NCBI GenBank assembly: GCA_030141605.1
Contig: JAQGDQ010000039.1
Span: 681,146 to 745,145, forward strand
DNA length: 64,000 bases
Direction: 5' to 3'
From: Tubiluchus corallicola
Taxonomy: Eukaryota; Animalia; Priapulida
Both the position numbers and the translations under genes were made by a program. Below are positions 31,601 to 42,599 of this stretch, one piece after another. Numbering within the stretch: the stretch's first letter is position 1; each line of letters starts with the position of its first letter. The notes under the pieces were generated by a model. That model worked only from the letters and a program-made list of their open reading frames with translations, was not told the origin of the DNA and did not search any database.

Positions 31601-32726
31601 AAATCCCTAGGCAAGCCCTACTGTGCGAAAATATGTAACACTTAATTAACAACGATTAAAGCAAAGCGACTACACAATAGGTTTGCCCTATTCAGACAGG
31701 TGTTAAACGTGTTAGCTTCACGCTGGGTTAGGCAACCGGAATATTCACTAAGGTAGGTACGTGTTAATAATTTTGCTGGGTGTCCCTTAAAGTGCTGCAA
31801 GACTGCTAAAACACCATGGATGTTCACGCAAGTCAGCAGTGGGAAAACACGCAAGTAAAAATTTTTTCTGCATTTTTATCTACAGTAACTGCGCACCTGA
31901 TGATCACCCCCAGTACATAATGCAAAAGCGGAGCAGTGATCTCAGCCGCCGCAAGAGTTAGCTGGCCTTTTGTTATTAGTTAATCGTTTAGCGGTTGGTT
32001 CCAACCTCCACGGTCTTCATATAAAAGCTGTGTTAGACTACTACTATTCCATTCCCCAAGCAAGCTAATTACAAAATATAAAAAAATGAATAGCACTCTA
32101 AATATAAATATCGGAAAAGTACAGCAGTTTCTCTCCTTTAAGAAGTTTCAATTTCATTGCTGGATTTATGTAAAATATTCAACTAGCTCTCTTTTTCAAG
32201 TCACAATTAAAACTACAGTGTTTCACTTCAATTTAGCATACTGACTGATTGAGATTAGCTACTGAAAAATTTTTTTTGAGTCTGTCAGTTACTACAGCTT
32301 TTTAAATGGGCAACTAGTATAAAAAAGTTTGCTTTCCAAGTTATTTTACCATGTTTAATAGAACATTTTCGCTAACAACACGAGAGAAACAAGAAAAACA
32401 GACACCAAACACGTAATGTAAAGAGATGACATTATAATTATAGAATGTGCACTATTGTGTAGTAACTAACAAGATAGAGAACAATTTAATTTTTTTATAG
32501 AACCACAAAATGGCCTCCAGCAGACTTTCTAATCAACAGGCAAAACTGAAGTCGAATACCTGCATTATGCAAAATGCTTGATTATAACATTTATTGACTT
32601 ATCTAGTACTTAAACTAGTAACTGTTAAATATCAAGCTAAGTAGCCCAAGCTATCAGAATAATTGACAGTAGAAACAGACCCAAAATTAATTATTAATTA
32701 TAAAATAAATTATGACATGAAAAGTA

Positions 32727-32758
<32 letters not shown>

Positions 32759-35700
32759 GTTTACCTCATACAAAAATATACAGCTTACAAAAATAACAGG
32801 TTTTAGTAGAATGTGATTAAATGGGATGCTAGTAACATATCTACAGAAATTCAACTTTGTAACATTCGCGCTGATTCACAGTACTCCTGTAATTGTATTA
32901 CAATATATGATGTTGCAAGAATATACTTAGTACCAGGTATCTTAAAACATAATCTTTTCTTCATAAAACATAATTTTAAATGAGTTCTTTATCTTTAACT
33001 TCACATTTTCGTTCAGATCTACAGTACAACAACATTTTAATCGTAAATTTATTTGATTTTTATTGACATAGTAGCAAAACCTTGGAATTCTCAACGTGCT
33101 AGATTTTGCAGTGTTTCTCACAAAATTTAATTTACGGCTATCTATTAAATATTTTGCAGGTATTGTGCCACAAAAATACATTAACAATTTACGCTTTCAT
33201 TTTGTCCAAAACCGAATATTTTTCTATAAGCAGTGTTCCACTCTACCCTGATGGCATTAACTTCGTGGTTTGATATACGACTAATTTTGTATGCGTAGAG
33301 CAAAATGTTAGGTAATATGTATTGATCGTAGAAGGCTATTATGTCATTACAATTGTGGCCCATACTTGAAGGCCAGTGTCAGTGTATTGGCCTTCATATC
33401 GTTTTTAATGCTACGGCTCCCAAGTGCAGCAATGTTGGTTCTGCACACACCCCTCTCTATTGAGTACTCATTGTACATCGTGACAACTGTTTCATGAGAA
33501 ATTATAGAGACTTAGGATCGAATTTTACAGAAATGGTTATTCCTTTTTTAAATACCATCTGCGTATGTTTTTGGGAGGCGTGTTGTCTCCACCTTGTGAT
33601 TCGTCATCGTTGCCATTATGTGATTCCACTGTACATCCTGTATTACTAAAGATACAGTACCAAAGCGCTCAATGCGTTTTGTACAGTGGTTGCCTAGAAT
33701 GTCTCCTGTTAAACTGTGTGTGGTTCTAGCTACAGTGAAGCTTTCCCCATGGCTGCCGGCGACAAAAGTAGCCGTTCAAATGTAGTGTATGCTTACACCT
33801 GTGGTGTGTGCCCGGCATCTTACAATGGTTAGATGAAACGTCATCTGTGCACTAGAAGTGGGAGGCATTGCAAGGACCAGCTTCGCTCCCACCATACTGC
33901 ATGCAGAGGTGATTTGGATGGCTTTGACTTTGTACTAACATCTTGCATAGTACAAAAAATATTCAGGATCTCAAAATAACACAGGCCTTGTACATAGGTA
34001 ACACCATGCTGCACTCTATCTATTTTTGTGTTTTAAATCATTTTGACTCAATTCTATCAGGCCCTGTAATGGTCCTCGTGGATCGAGTCTCTGCATTGCT
34101 TTCAAATATTGTAGGGTTCTGTTATTGTGTTTCCCCTGGTTGTAAAAAAGTGCAAATGCAAAGAAGTTGTTTGTTTTATTTTTCTAATGCTTATTTCTGT
34201 GGTTCTTCATGTAATCTTAGACTAATGGTTTACTGTGTTGTGAACTTTTTTGATATATAAAGTAATCTCATATATAAAGTAATTTTTTACATTTCTTTTG
34301 AATTTCTTTCTGGTTATATCATTCTGACAATTTAAATTCTAGTCTTTGAACTTGTAATGATATATTGTGTGCCTTAATATTGCAATATGGAATGTACTAA
34401 TTATTTCTTTTTGGCTTGATTTATAGCATTGAAAATGACTGTTACGATCATCTGTGCATAATGAACTTATTGACTCATAAAGGCCAGGACTCTTTCATGT
34501 ATAAAACAAACGTTTTTCCTGTGCAACAAACAGTCAAATTCTTAGTCTTAACTAGCACATTTCATACGTAGTTGTTTCGTATGCTTATAGTAGCGTATAT
34601 TTTAATGTTAAGCCAAATGAAATTAGTGATGTACGATTACCGCGAGGCAAAATAAATTCTACCTTACCTTATCTTGGACTTTCAAAATGTACAGAAATTG
34701 TAAATTTTTAATTACCAACTGCCACGAAAATAGAAAATTTTTTTGATATAGTTTTCTAGGAATACCACAAACAATTAAAATGATTAGTATCTGTTCATCT
34801 AAAATTTATAGTTCTTGATATCGACCATAATAATTTTTCACTTACCAGCATTTTCTACGCCTGCTCCAAGCTGACAATAAGCAATACTGGGAGTCTGCAA
34901 ATAAACTGAAATTAGAAAGTCTAAAAATAAATACTGAGGTGAACAAGATTGTCCGATCAGAACAAACATTGGATTGTCTCTACAATCTTGAAGTAAAGTT
35001 AAGTTAGATTTTAAGTTCATAGTGACCTGCAAAACACAACAGCAACCAATAGCTTTCATTGTTTACAAACCACTGTTATCAAACATTAAAAAGTTCGTTT
35101 TTCAATCATATCAATTTCACAAACAACACTCTTGCTTGACTATAGATGACTAGATATATAGACATATATTTTATCCTACATCAAAGTTAATCTACAGTAA
35201 TAATAATGGCATCGAAATGCTCACGAATAATAGAAGCTTGAGAATGTCACAATTATCAGAAAATAAGGCACATGGCCATAATTTGCAAACTAGTTGCCAT
35301 TTGACACAACAAGATACAAAATGCAGTTTGCATGACCTGTTAGAACTTTGTTTTTTGCACGGCTTCAAGGATTTTTACCTAACGAAACAGCTTGACAAAC
35401 CAAAGACAAGAACTAATGCTAATATCTCTTCAGTGGAAGTCATTTGGTGAGACATACTAGATTAAATGATGCAAGAGAAACTTTAGTAGCAAAGGCTTTC
35501 AGTTTATTTCAAAATTAACAAAACAAACAGGAAAAGGCCCAGCAATTATAAACTTTTATTATTATGAAAATATTAATCAAAAAGCAAAACAAACAGCTTT
35601 AAAATGCATATGAATTTCCAGAGAAAAAATAGTGGAGCAAAAAAATTATATTATAAGTGCACATACCGCACCACATAGGGCCATGCCTATACCATGAATG

Positions 35701-37121
35701 GAACCCCCAACAGCACAAGCTAATGGTCCCTTGTTGTTGTTTTTGAGACCATTAAGATGGTCCTGCAACAGCTGCCGAGTTTGCGGATGCATGTCGGGAA
35801 TTAGCATCATTGCACTAAAAGACACTAAACCTAGAAGACACAAATTATAATGTAGCTTAATACTTGAGGTATAAGATGTACGTAAGATGTAATAAAAAAG
35901 TATTATAGTTGACATATATAAAAGTATTTATTTAAATGAATGGCATTGTCTGCAAATGAATGATTTTGTTACACATTACTCCACTAAAGCAAGAAAACAG
36001 CTACAGAAAATTAATAGCAATTCATTACAAAATGTATGTAAATGACAAGAAATGAGAAAAAATAAAACTACCAGGCCTGGAGCTGATTGCAATTACAATT
36101 ACAAGTTCTGCTGTAATTACAACTGCAATCCTAATTATTCTTATAAATGACAAAAACGGTAATTATAATTGTGATATAGCCTAGTAATTGATGTAATCAG
36201 TTTTTAAAGATAAAAAATTTATGCTAAAATGCTTGCATTATTTTCATTCTTTATTGAATTGACGAAAACTAGGTCTACACATTCCTCCATTCACTTTAGT
36301 GTCTATGGCAGATTAACAAATAATGGTATGAGACACTCAAAAAGTACAAACCTTTCTTTTAGTTTCAAACAAAATAAGTAATTGTAACTGTAATTGTCAC
36401 TTTCTTAAGGGTGTAATCGTAATCCTGCAGTGTTCAAACTGTGACACAATTGCAATCGTAATCTTCCTACTATAATCGGCCCCATGCTTGCCTCCCAGCG
36501 TCGTCATTATTATTAATGAAATCAAACTGAAGAATATAATAACCATTGTACATACCAGTGGCAATGGCTGACATCCAAACTTTTGACATGCAGAACTGTT
36601 CCAGGCCAAACTGCCCCTGAATGAGTCTTGGTTCAACAACTGAAATTTATTAAATACTACTTTTTTGCACAGAGCTTATTGCAAATACTCAAAGTAGTTT
36701 AAAACTTTTCTAAGTCACAGCTACTCACTTTGCTAAAAATATAAGTGGACTCTTATATAATTTTTTACACTATTCCCAGCAAGACAAAAAAGTGAAGAAT
36801 ATACACACCGGACAGCTTCATAAAAAAACTGATATTAAAACAAATCCCTCTACCTCTACTCTTTTCCAAAGCAATTCCCATCACTATTCCAGAAGCAGAT
36901 GACAATCCAAGCTTGGCTAGCGTACTGAGCACAGACCATCCTGTGCTCGACTCTGCAGACTGAGATTGACCGCTGGTCGAATTCACATACAAAAGTGGTA
37001 GACCAACTAGAAACTTTCTATTTGATCGTAACTGGTGTAGCAATGGTGCTGGATGACGTATTTTACCATTTGATGAAGCTCCATTTGAGCAAATACTACT
37101 GTGCCACTTTAACGTACTCAT
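16629..37121 (-). CDS. YeeE/YedE-family (TsuA-like) thiosulfate/sulfur-compound transporter, 10 coding exons, 425 aa
   Basis: Hand-spliced exons, all GT-AG and phase-compatible: 37121-36854, 36639-36556, 35830-35667, 34894-34846, 23324-23216, 21875-21767, 20125-20065, 18771-18602, 17866-17715, 16740-16629 (1278 nt). The product has Gly-rich TM segments and family motifs GIVMGIALEKSRVVEP..IQGQF, GGSIHGIGMALCGA-TPS..QLGAG, LLGGYIGALTYG, GASTSY, WWQ and GGALMIFGARTAHGCASGHAIS. Confidence 0.88.
18850..19740 (-). mobile_element. Highly decayed CR1-type RT fragment
   Basis: Traces DIVNIVYVVFA..(SIIVP) resembling D.VY.DF.KAFD.VP, and F..LY.SL...WHP. Confidence 0.4.
21141..21527. mobile_element. hAT-type MITE (TTCGAA-rich family)
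   Basis: TIR TAGGGGTGAGCATT...AATGCTCACCCCTA. 8-bp TSD GCAAAGAC/GCAATGAC. Confidence 0.85.
22547..22853. mobile_element. PIF/Harbinger-like palindromic MITE
   Basis: Inverted termini share TTC(A/G)GACTAGCGAGTTTTC, with TAA on both flanks and internal CTAGTNTGAA repeats. Confidence 0.65.
24640..24990 (-). mobile_element. RTE-like LINE C-terminal fragment
   Basis: LDIKWPVRISNDDLY...QIQIRRLHWIGHALRLP. Confidence 0.7.
26601..26876. repeat. Exact 138-bp tandem duplication
   Basis: 26601-26738 matches 26739-26876 by eye. Confidence 0.92.
26918..28156 (-). pseudogene. FDFT1: Squalene synthase (farnesyl-diphosphate farnesyltransferase), intronless, two in-frame premature stops
   Basis: ATG at 28156 in a strong Kozak context (GCCATGG). 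Motifs TSRSFAAVI, LRALDTIEDD, YCHYVAGLVGIGLS, MGLFLQKTNIIRDYLED, FNFCAIPQVMA, VKIRKGEA and a C-terminal TM anchor all lie in one frame over 413 codons. That frame contains TGA at 27326-27328 (codon 277, Arg in homologs) and TAG at 27251-27253 (codon 302, Tyr in homologs). It joins ORF-track entries 27326..28345 and 26918..27235. Confidence 0.92.
28340..28415 (-). promoter_or_regulatory. Candidate FDFT1 proximal promoter (CCAAT box, E-box)
   Basis: Minus-strand CAGCCAATAG at ~28345-28354, ~190 bp upstream of the ATG. Palindromic ATCAGCTGAT at 28400-28409. Motif match only. Confidence 0.3.
28575..28675 (+). repeat. LINE 3'-tail fragment, same family as 45430-45522
   Basis: Shared ctttgccaatgtacattg..gtatttgtg.aaataaaa(ttgaa)n. 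Confidence 0.65.
29255..29407. repeat. 77-bp tandem duplication
   Basis: aaattgcaagtgaattagt(a/g)gaaatatatagtctagtttcgtttataggtagaaatgca... occurs twice. Confidence 0.9.
30313..31457. repeat. Diverged ~165-bp direct repeats ~980 bp apart
   Basis: 30313-30478 and 31291-31457 align (gggcaatt.tgtg..tatttttgtacttt...ttttccatc). Confidence 0.85.
32729..33350 (-). mobile_element. Non-LTR retrotransposon 3' fragment with (AAT)n tail
   Basis: Peptides RVEWNTAYRKIFGF..NESV / LMYFCGTIPAKYLIDSRKLNF. (ATT)n at 32729-32757. Confidence 0.7.
33480..34030 (+). mobile_element. Penelope-like element remnant (GIY-YIG endonuclease)
   Basis: ~33765-33870 translates SSRSNVVYAYTCGVCPASYNG*MKRHLCTRSGRH, matching the PLE VVY-x-C-x2-C-x3-YIG-x-T-x-R-x-L-x2-R-x2-EH signature. 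Confidence 0.7.
36072..36490. mobile_element. GTAATT/AATTAC-rich MITE-like element
   Basis: Termini CAGGCCTGG / CCCATGCTTG with inverted arrays of (A/C)ATTAC and GTAAT(T/C) hexamers. No clean TSD. Confidence 0.5.
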
Positions 37122-37658
37122 TCTTGTGCTAGATTCAAGATAAAAGTAGAATATGATAAGTGAAACAAAAAAATAATAATTAGACAAATATGACTTATCA
37201 GACAATAAAGTATACTGTTACACGAGCAATCAGAGAAATATTAGGTGAGCAAAATGCTATAAGGACTAATCTAATTAGCCCAGCTACTAGTCCGACAAGC
37301 AATACACGCAGCAGATGCACAGCTATTAGGAAAAATATCGACCTACACAAATTTACACTTGTCTTCTGTTAACAACTAAAAGCTACTAATCTTGTTGATT
37401 AGTGTGAGCGCACTGTGCGCTACTTCGGCAAGTGCGTTAATTCGAGTCTGATATGGGGTTTGAAGAAAATTCAGGATCGAGGTTCATGGGTCATGAGCAT
37501 AACGACACCAATCCTGGACACCCCTAAGTACTCAAAACTATTGGTGCAGCATATACGCATTAAATGAAACATGCAAGGATATGCATTTTCGAAGGAGAAA
37601 TATAAAAACAAAAATTTTGTAACACTGTGCCCCCAAAAGATCAGATGTCCTAGGTTAC

Positions 37659-37945
37659 AAATGTCTGCTTTGATTTAGCCTATTACTATTCTGGAGTCGT
37701 TGTAAATGTATATTTTCGACTTAGCTTATTACTAGTCTGAAGACACTTTAAATGTCTGTTTTTGACATAGCTTATTACTATTCTGAAGTCACTGAAAATG
37801 TCTGTTTTGACTGTTATTAATGTTCAAAAGTCACTGTTAATGTATGTTTTTGACTTAGCTTATTACTATACTGAAGTTACTGTTAACGTCTGTTTTGACT
37901 TCGATTTCTTGACTTTCGTAACTACTAATCTGAAGTCACTGTAAA
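37659..37945. repeat. ~45-bp minisatellite, ~6 copies
   Basis: Unit AATGTCTGTTTTGACTTAGCTTATTACTATTCTGAAGTCACTGT with substitutions. Confidence 0.85.
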
Positions 37946-38444
37946 GCCCAAGGTCTATTTTCACACGATGAATTGATTTTGTTATTTGTATGCTTTGTGT
38001 AGTCATGTAAGCTTTTATATATAATCCACTAGGCTCCTCCCTTCTCCCCACAACATTCTTTGCTTTTGAATATCAAGAATTAACATGTTTTATATTCTGA
38101 ATTTAAGTGATAATAAACTATCTAATCTAATCTAACGTGCCTATTGAAGCAATCCATCAAATCGAATACTCAATCTTTCGCCGAAAATCGACAGGGAACT
38201 GCATTGTGGTAGAGTGCAAAAACTACTTACAAAGTAAATTGTGCAGCCGACATTAAAATTAGTAGAAGCTACAATAATATAAAAGTTTACCCACACTTTG
38301 ACTCTTTCGCATCAATCGCGTGACCTTCAACTCAAACAATATGAGAGATCTTCCTGAATTTTCAATAATTGATCCTGGCGTGCCCACGGATATTATATTA
38401 TACCATGGATATATTACTCTATTTCTTCGGCTCAGTTCAATTAT

Positions 38445-38645
38445 TAGAGGCGAGTATCCTCTACCAGAAATCGAATCTAATTTGTGCCTTTCGAATTCGA
38501 ATCAAAGCGAAATTCAATATTTCGAATTCGATTTGAGCTTGAAAGATTTACGAACAAGTATTCGAACCCTCATTAAAAAGTTGTTTTACAAAGATCATGC
38601 AATGGCCCTATTACTCGATTTTGTTCTGCAATATAAAACCACCAT
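38445..38645. mobile_element. TTCGAA-rich hAT MITE, first half of a split copy
   Basis: Begins TAGAGGCGAGTAT (degenerate TIR). Reverse-complement similarity to 50-236. Confidence 0.65.
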
Positions 38646-38654
38646 TTAAACTAT

Positions 38655-39200
38655 CTAGCAGTACGTAAGTAAGTAGGTATCTTTATTAATCACCCTTTTT
38701 ACAAGAAAAACACAGAGCATGAAACGATAATATGATACAAAGTGTGAAAATTATTAAATGAATAAACTATCTGAGTTAATGATATTTAAGTGATTGGTGA
38801 AAGGGTGGTGAAAAACTAATAGTTACCAAAGTCAACCACCCTGTAAGTAATGTTAATATTAGTAATTAATTATATGCGCAATTATCTTGACGAAGATTTC
38901 AGAATAAGGTGTGATAAATGGAGCATAAAGTTTACAAATGGAGCATACCAAGTTGTTTAAGTAAGTAAAAGAATGTTGAGTGTACTAAGATAGAACTATT
39001 GAGATTTAGGTTTAAATTTAAACATACATATCAAGGACATAAGGACATAATAAATACATATAGTGTTGATATGCTAAGTAATGCGCATACAGATGTGTAG
39101 ATTTATGCAGAGAGAATTGCCTTACCTCTCAATTTTCATTTACATGTTAGTACTGCACATGACACATTTCCAATATGGCATCCAGATAGTCATAAGGCCT
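38655..39200 (-). mobile_element. LINE 3'-end remnant
   Basis: Minus-strand AATAAA with an (ACTT)n-like tail near 38665-38690 and degenerate ORF2 C-terminal coding near 39170-39200. Confidence 0.35.
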
Positions 39201-39254
39201 CTATCTCCTGTAAAATTACATAATTATAATAGTACTAATGGTATACTAACGGCT

Positions 39255-39527
<273 letters not shown>

Positions 39528-39539
39528 AATTTGCATGCC

Positions 39540-42500
39540 TAGCAGAAAAAAACCAAAGTTATTAAGACTAACAGATGACTTGGATATAGACTTATATCAT
39601 AAAGTACAATTTCAGAAGTAGCAGTGTAATGATATATGTGAAGATGGCATTATTACTATTTCTATAGCAAAATTCATGGTTAGTATCACTGTAAGTTGGG
39701 GTTTAGATCATCACCACGTATTATAAGTGAGTTTTTACCATTCATATGTATATATAAGGCTTGGTGAGTTCAACTTGAGTGGAAAATAGTAGTTTAAGTT
39801 TCAGTTCTGTAAACAATTCCAAGACTAGGTATATAGAGAAATAAGCATGTTTTTGTAATTTGAGACAAAGTAATTAAGAAATTTGTTTTTTGAACTACTG
39901 AGGAACAGGGTTCCAAATTCGTGAGCCTTGGTACTTGAGCGAACGTTGAGCTTTGGGTGTATTGCATCTTTTGACACTATAAGTGTTACTTGATGCAAAG
40001 CAAGTTTGGTAGTTATGCAAAGCTGAAGGTTCATTCAATTATCCATTAAATAGTTTGGGTAGCTTATGATTCTTGAGTTTGAAAACAATTTTAGCCATTT
40101 CTAGGTTATAGATATCAGTTATTTTTAAAATTTTTAGTTGATTATAATAAGGTGTTGCATGGTCCCTGAAACCAACAAAGCAGAGAGCTTTTACAATTTT
40201 GTTTTGAGGTACAGCAACATTCTGTATTATAGTTTTGTTGGCCGATCCCCATGTAAGTATTCCGTATTGTAAGTAGGGAAAAACTAGTCCGTAATATATA
40301 AATTTCAAAGTTTGCGTATCTAGGTAGTACTGAAGTTTATGTTTTATGTGTGTACTCCAGTTGAGTTTGCTATCGATAAGAACATCCAGATATTTTATAT
40401 CATTGGACCGACTAATACTTATATTATTGATATTAATTTGGAAGTTGTCCACATCTTGATTGGGTTTTTGATTTGAAAAGAGGATAAACTTAGGTTTTTG
40501 ACAGTTTAATGTTAGTTTATTTACTTTTACCCAGGTATCAATTTTATTTAATTGTAGGTTGACAGTATTTTGAAGATTATGGATAACAGGTCCAGCCATA
40601 AATAGGTTAGCATCATCCGCAAACATCCATGTAATAAGGTTAGTACAATCAGGGAGGTCATTAATATACAATATAAATAGTAATGGTCCTAAGGTAGAGC
40701 CCGGAGGAATCCCACATGTGACTTGAGCCAATTTAGATTTTGTATCCCCAATGGCAGTAAACTGTTTGCAATTCGTAAGATAGGAAACAAAGAATTCAAG
40801 TGCATGGCCTTTTATACCATAGTGGTTAAGTTTATCGATTAGTATATTGTGTTGGACAGTATCCAGAAAAATTTCACACGTATACAATTTATTATCAACA
40901 TTTTCTAGTATTCTGTCAACTAATTCAGATGTAGCAAGAGCAGTAGAGTATTTTTTGCGAAAACTAAACGGAAAATCCGTTAGTATGTTAAATTTTGTTA
41001 AAAAAAGCTCAAAACGATTATATAGTAATTTTTCAAACTTTTTTGACATTGGGGAAAGTAATGAAATAGGTCTATAGTTATTTAATTCATTTGGTGATTC
41101 AGCTTTGTATTTTGGAACAATTTTAGCAATTTTTAGCTTATCAGGGAATACAGCTTCTGCGACTGATTTATTGAATAGATCAGTTAGCAGAGGAGAAAGT
41201 ACATGACTAATTATTTTGCAGTATTGGATTGGTATCTCATCTGGTCCTGAAGATTTATTACTATTAATGTTATTTATCTCATTAAGAATTTCCTGTTCAT
41301 GAATTTGGCAATGAAAAACATGTTTTGTATAGCGTTTTTAAGAAAGTCATTATGACTAGGGTTAGTTTTTTGGATTTTAGTAGCTAGCTTATTACCTACA
41401 GAGGCAAAGTGTTCATTGAGAGCATCACATATAATTGCCTGGTTACTTGTTTCCATTCCATTGACTTTAATTTTATTAGGTAAGATACTTTTAGTCTTTA
41501 TTGATTTTAAATATCCGACAGTTATTCATGGTTTTTCATATGTTTTGGTTTGTCGCCTAGAGTTTTAAAAGGCAAGTGCTTATTAACTAAACTACTCAGG
41601 GTGTCAAAAAATACATTAAACGCTTCATTAGTGTGTAGAGTAGAATAATCGATAGTATTAAAAACTCCGTTTAATTCACAAATAAAATTTTCTTTTACAA
41701 AATTAGCTTTATCCCTTATTACTACTTTGTGATTTTTTCGTTTAGATAAAGTCTTATTAATAATTGCAAAAATAGGTAATGATCTGCTACTTCATAAAGT
41801 ATGATACCAGGTATTATAGGGTTTACTAGATCATTAGTATATATGTGATCGATCAAAGTTTGCGATCTACTGGTGGTCCTAGTTGGTTTGGTGATTAAAG
41901 GAAAAAAGCAGTTGGCATATATCATTGCACGATAGTTAGATACAAAAGTTTTGCTTTCATGGTGTAGCAGATTTATGTTAAAATTCCCACTGATGTACGC
42001 AAGTTTACCGTACTTATTAATTGTGGCTAGAGTTTTAGCACCACCAGCATTAGTTGGAGAAGTCTCTTGCAAGAAAGTGTAACACGAAATACTACACAGG
42101 AATTGCCTGCTATCATCAAGTCTATTTTCAGAGACACCTATAAGGTCAGGCCAGGATTGAAAATTACACAATATATCCAATAAATTAGTAAAATGTTTAT
42201 TTACACTGGAAACGTTTACGTGTATAAAAGAGAAATCATTGGCACAAATTTTGTACTTGGGGTCAGACTCCATCTGATTTAATTTTACATACCTGCTGTC
42301 ATATTGAATGGTGAATTCATCTGGGTAGCACATAATAGATCAGAGTAGAGAGAGACCATATCAGTAAGATTCAGTAGTTCAGATTGGTCACCCAGTGCAT
42401 GAAAAAACTCATCCTCAGTTAGACTTTGATATGGTAGCGGGCTGTTGATACACTGCAAACAGAAAAAGGAATTGTTAGTGTTAGTTAGTAGAGCAAACTC

Positions 42501-42580
42501 ATCATTGGATAATAAAGTGTGTAATTTTTGTGTACCCAATTTTTGACGATATCACAAAAAATTGCACTTCAGAAATAGTT
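39540..42580 (-). mobile_element. Decayed CR1-group non-LTR retrotransposon ORF2 (PHD finger remnant, APE endonuclease, reverse transcriptase)
   Basis: ORF 40039..41049 has RT motifs GIPPGSTLGPLLFILYIND and MFADD. ORF 41722..42333 has APE motifs (HVNVSS, DLIGVSE, GNFNINLL, PTR...TLIDHIY). 42285..42570 has a PHD-like remnant. Multiple frameshifts. Confidence 0.9.
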
Positions 42581-42599
42581 TTACTACAATGGCATTTGG

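Noticed and set aside
37659-37945. Second regularly spaced repeat array
   Set aside because: The whole ~45-bp unit is repeated with no unique spacers. It is a minisatellite.
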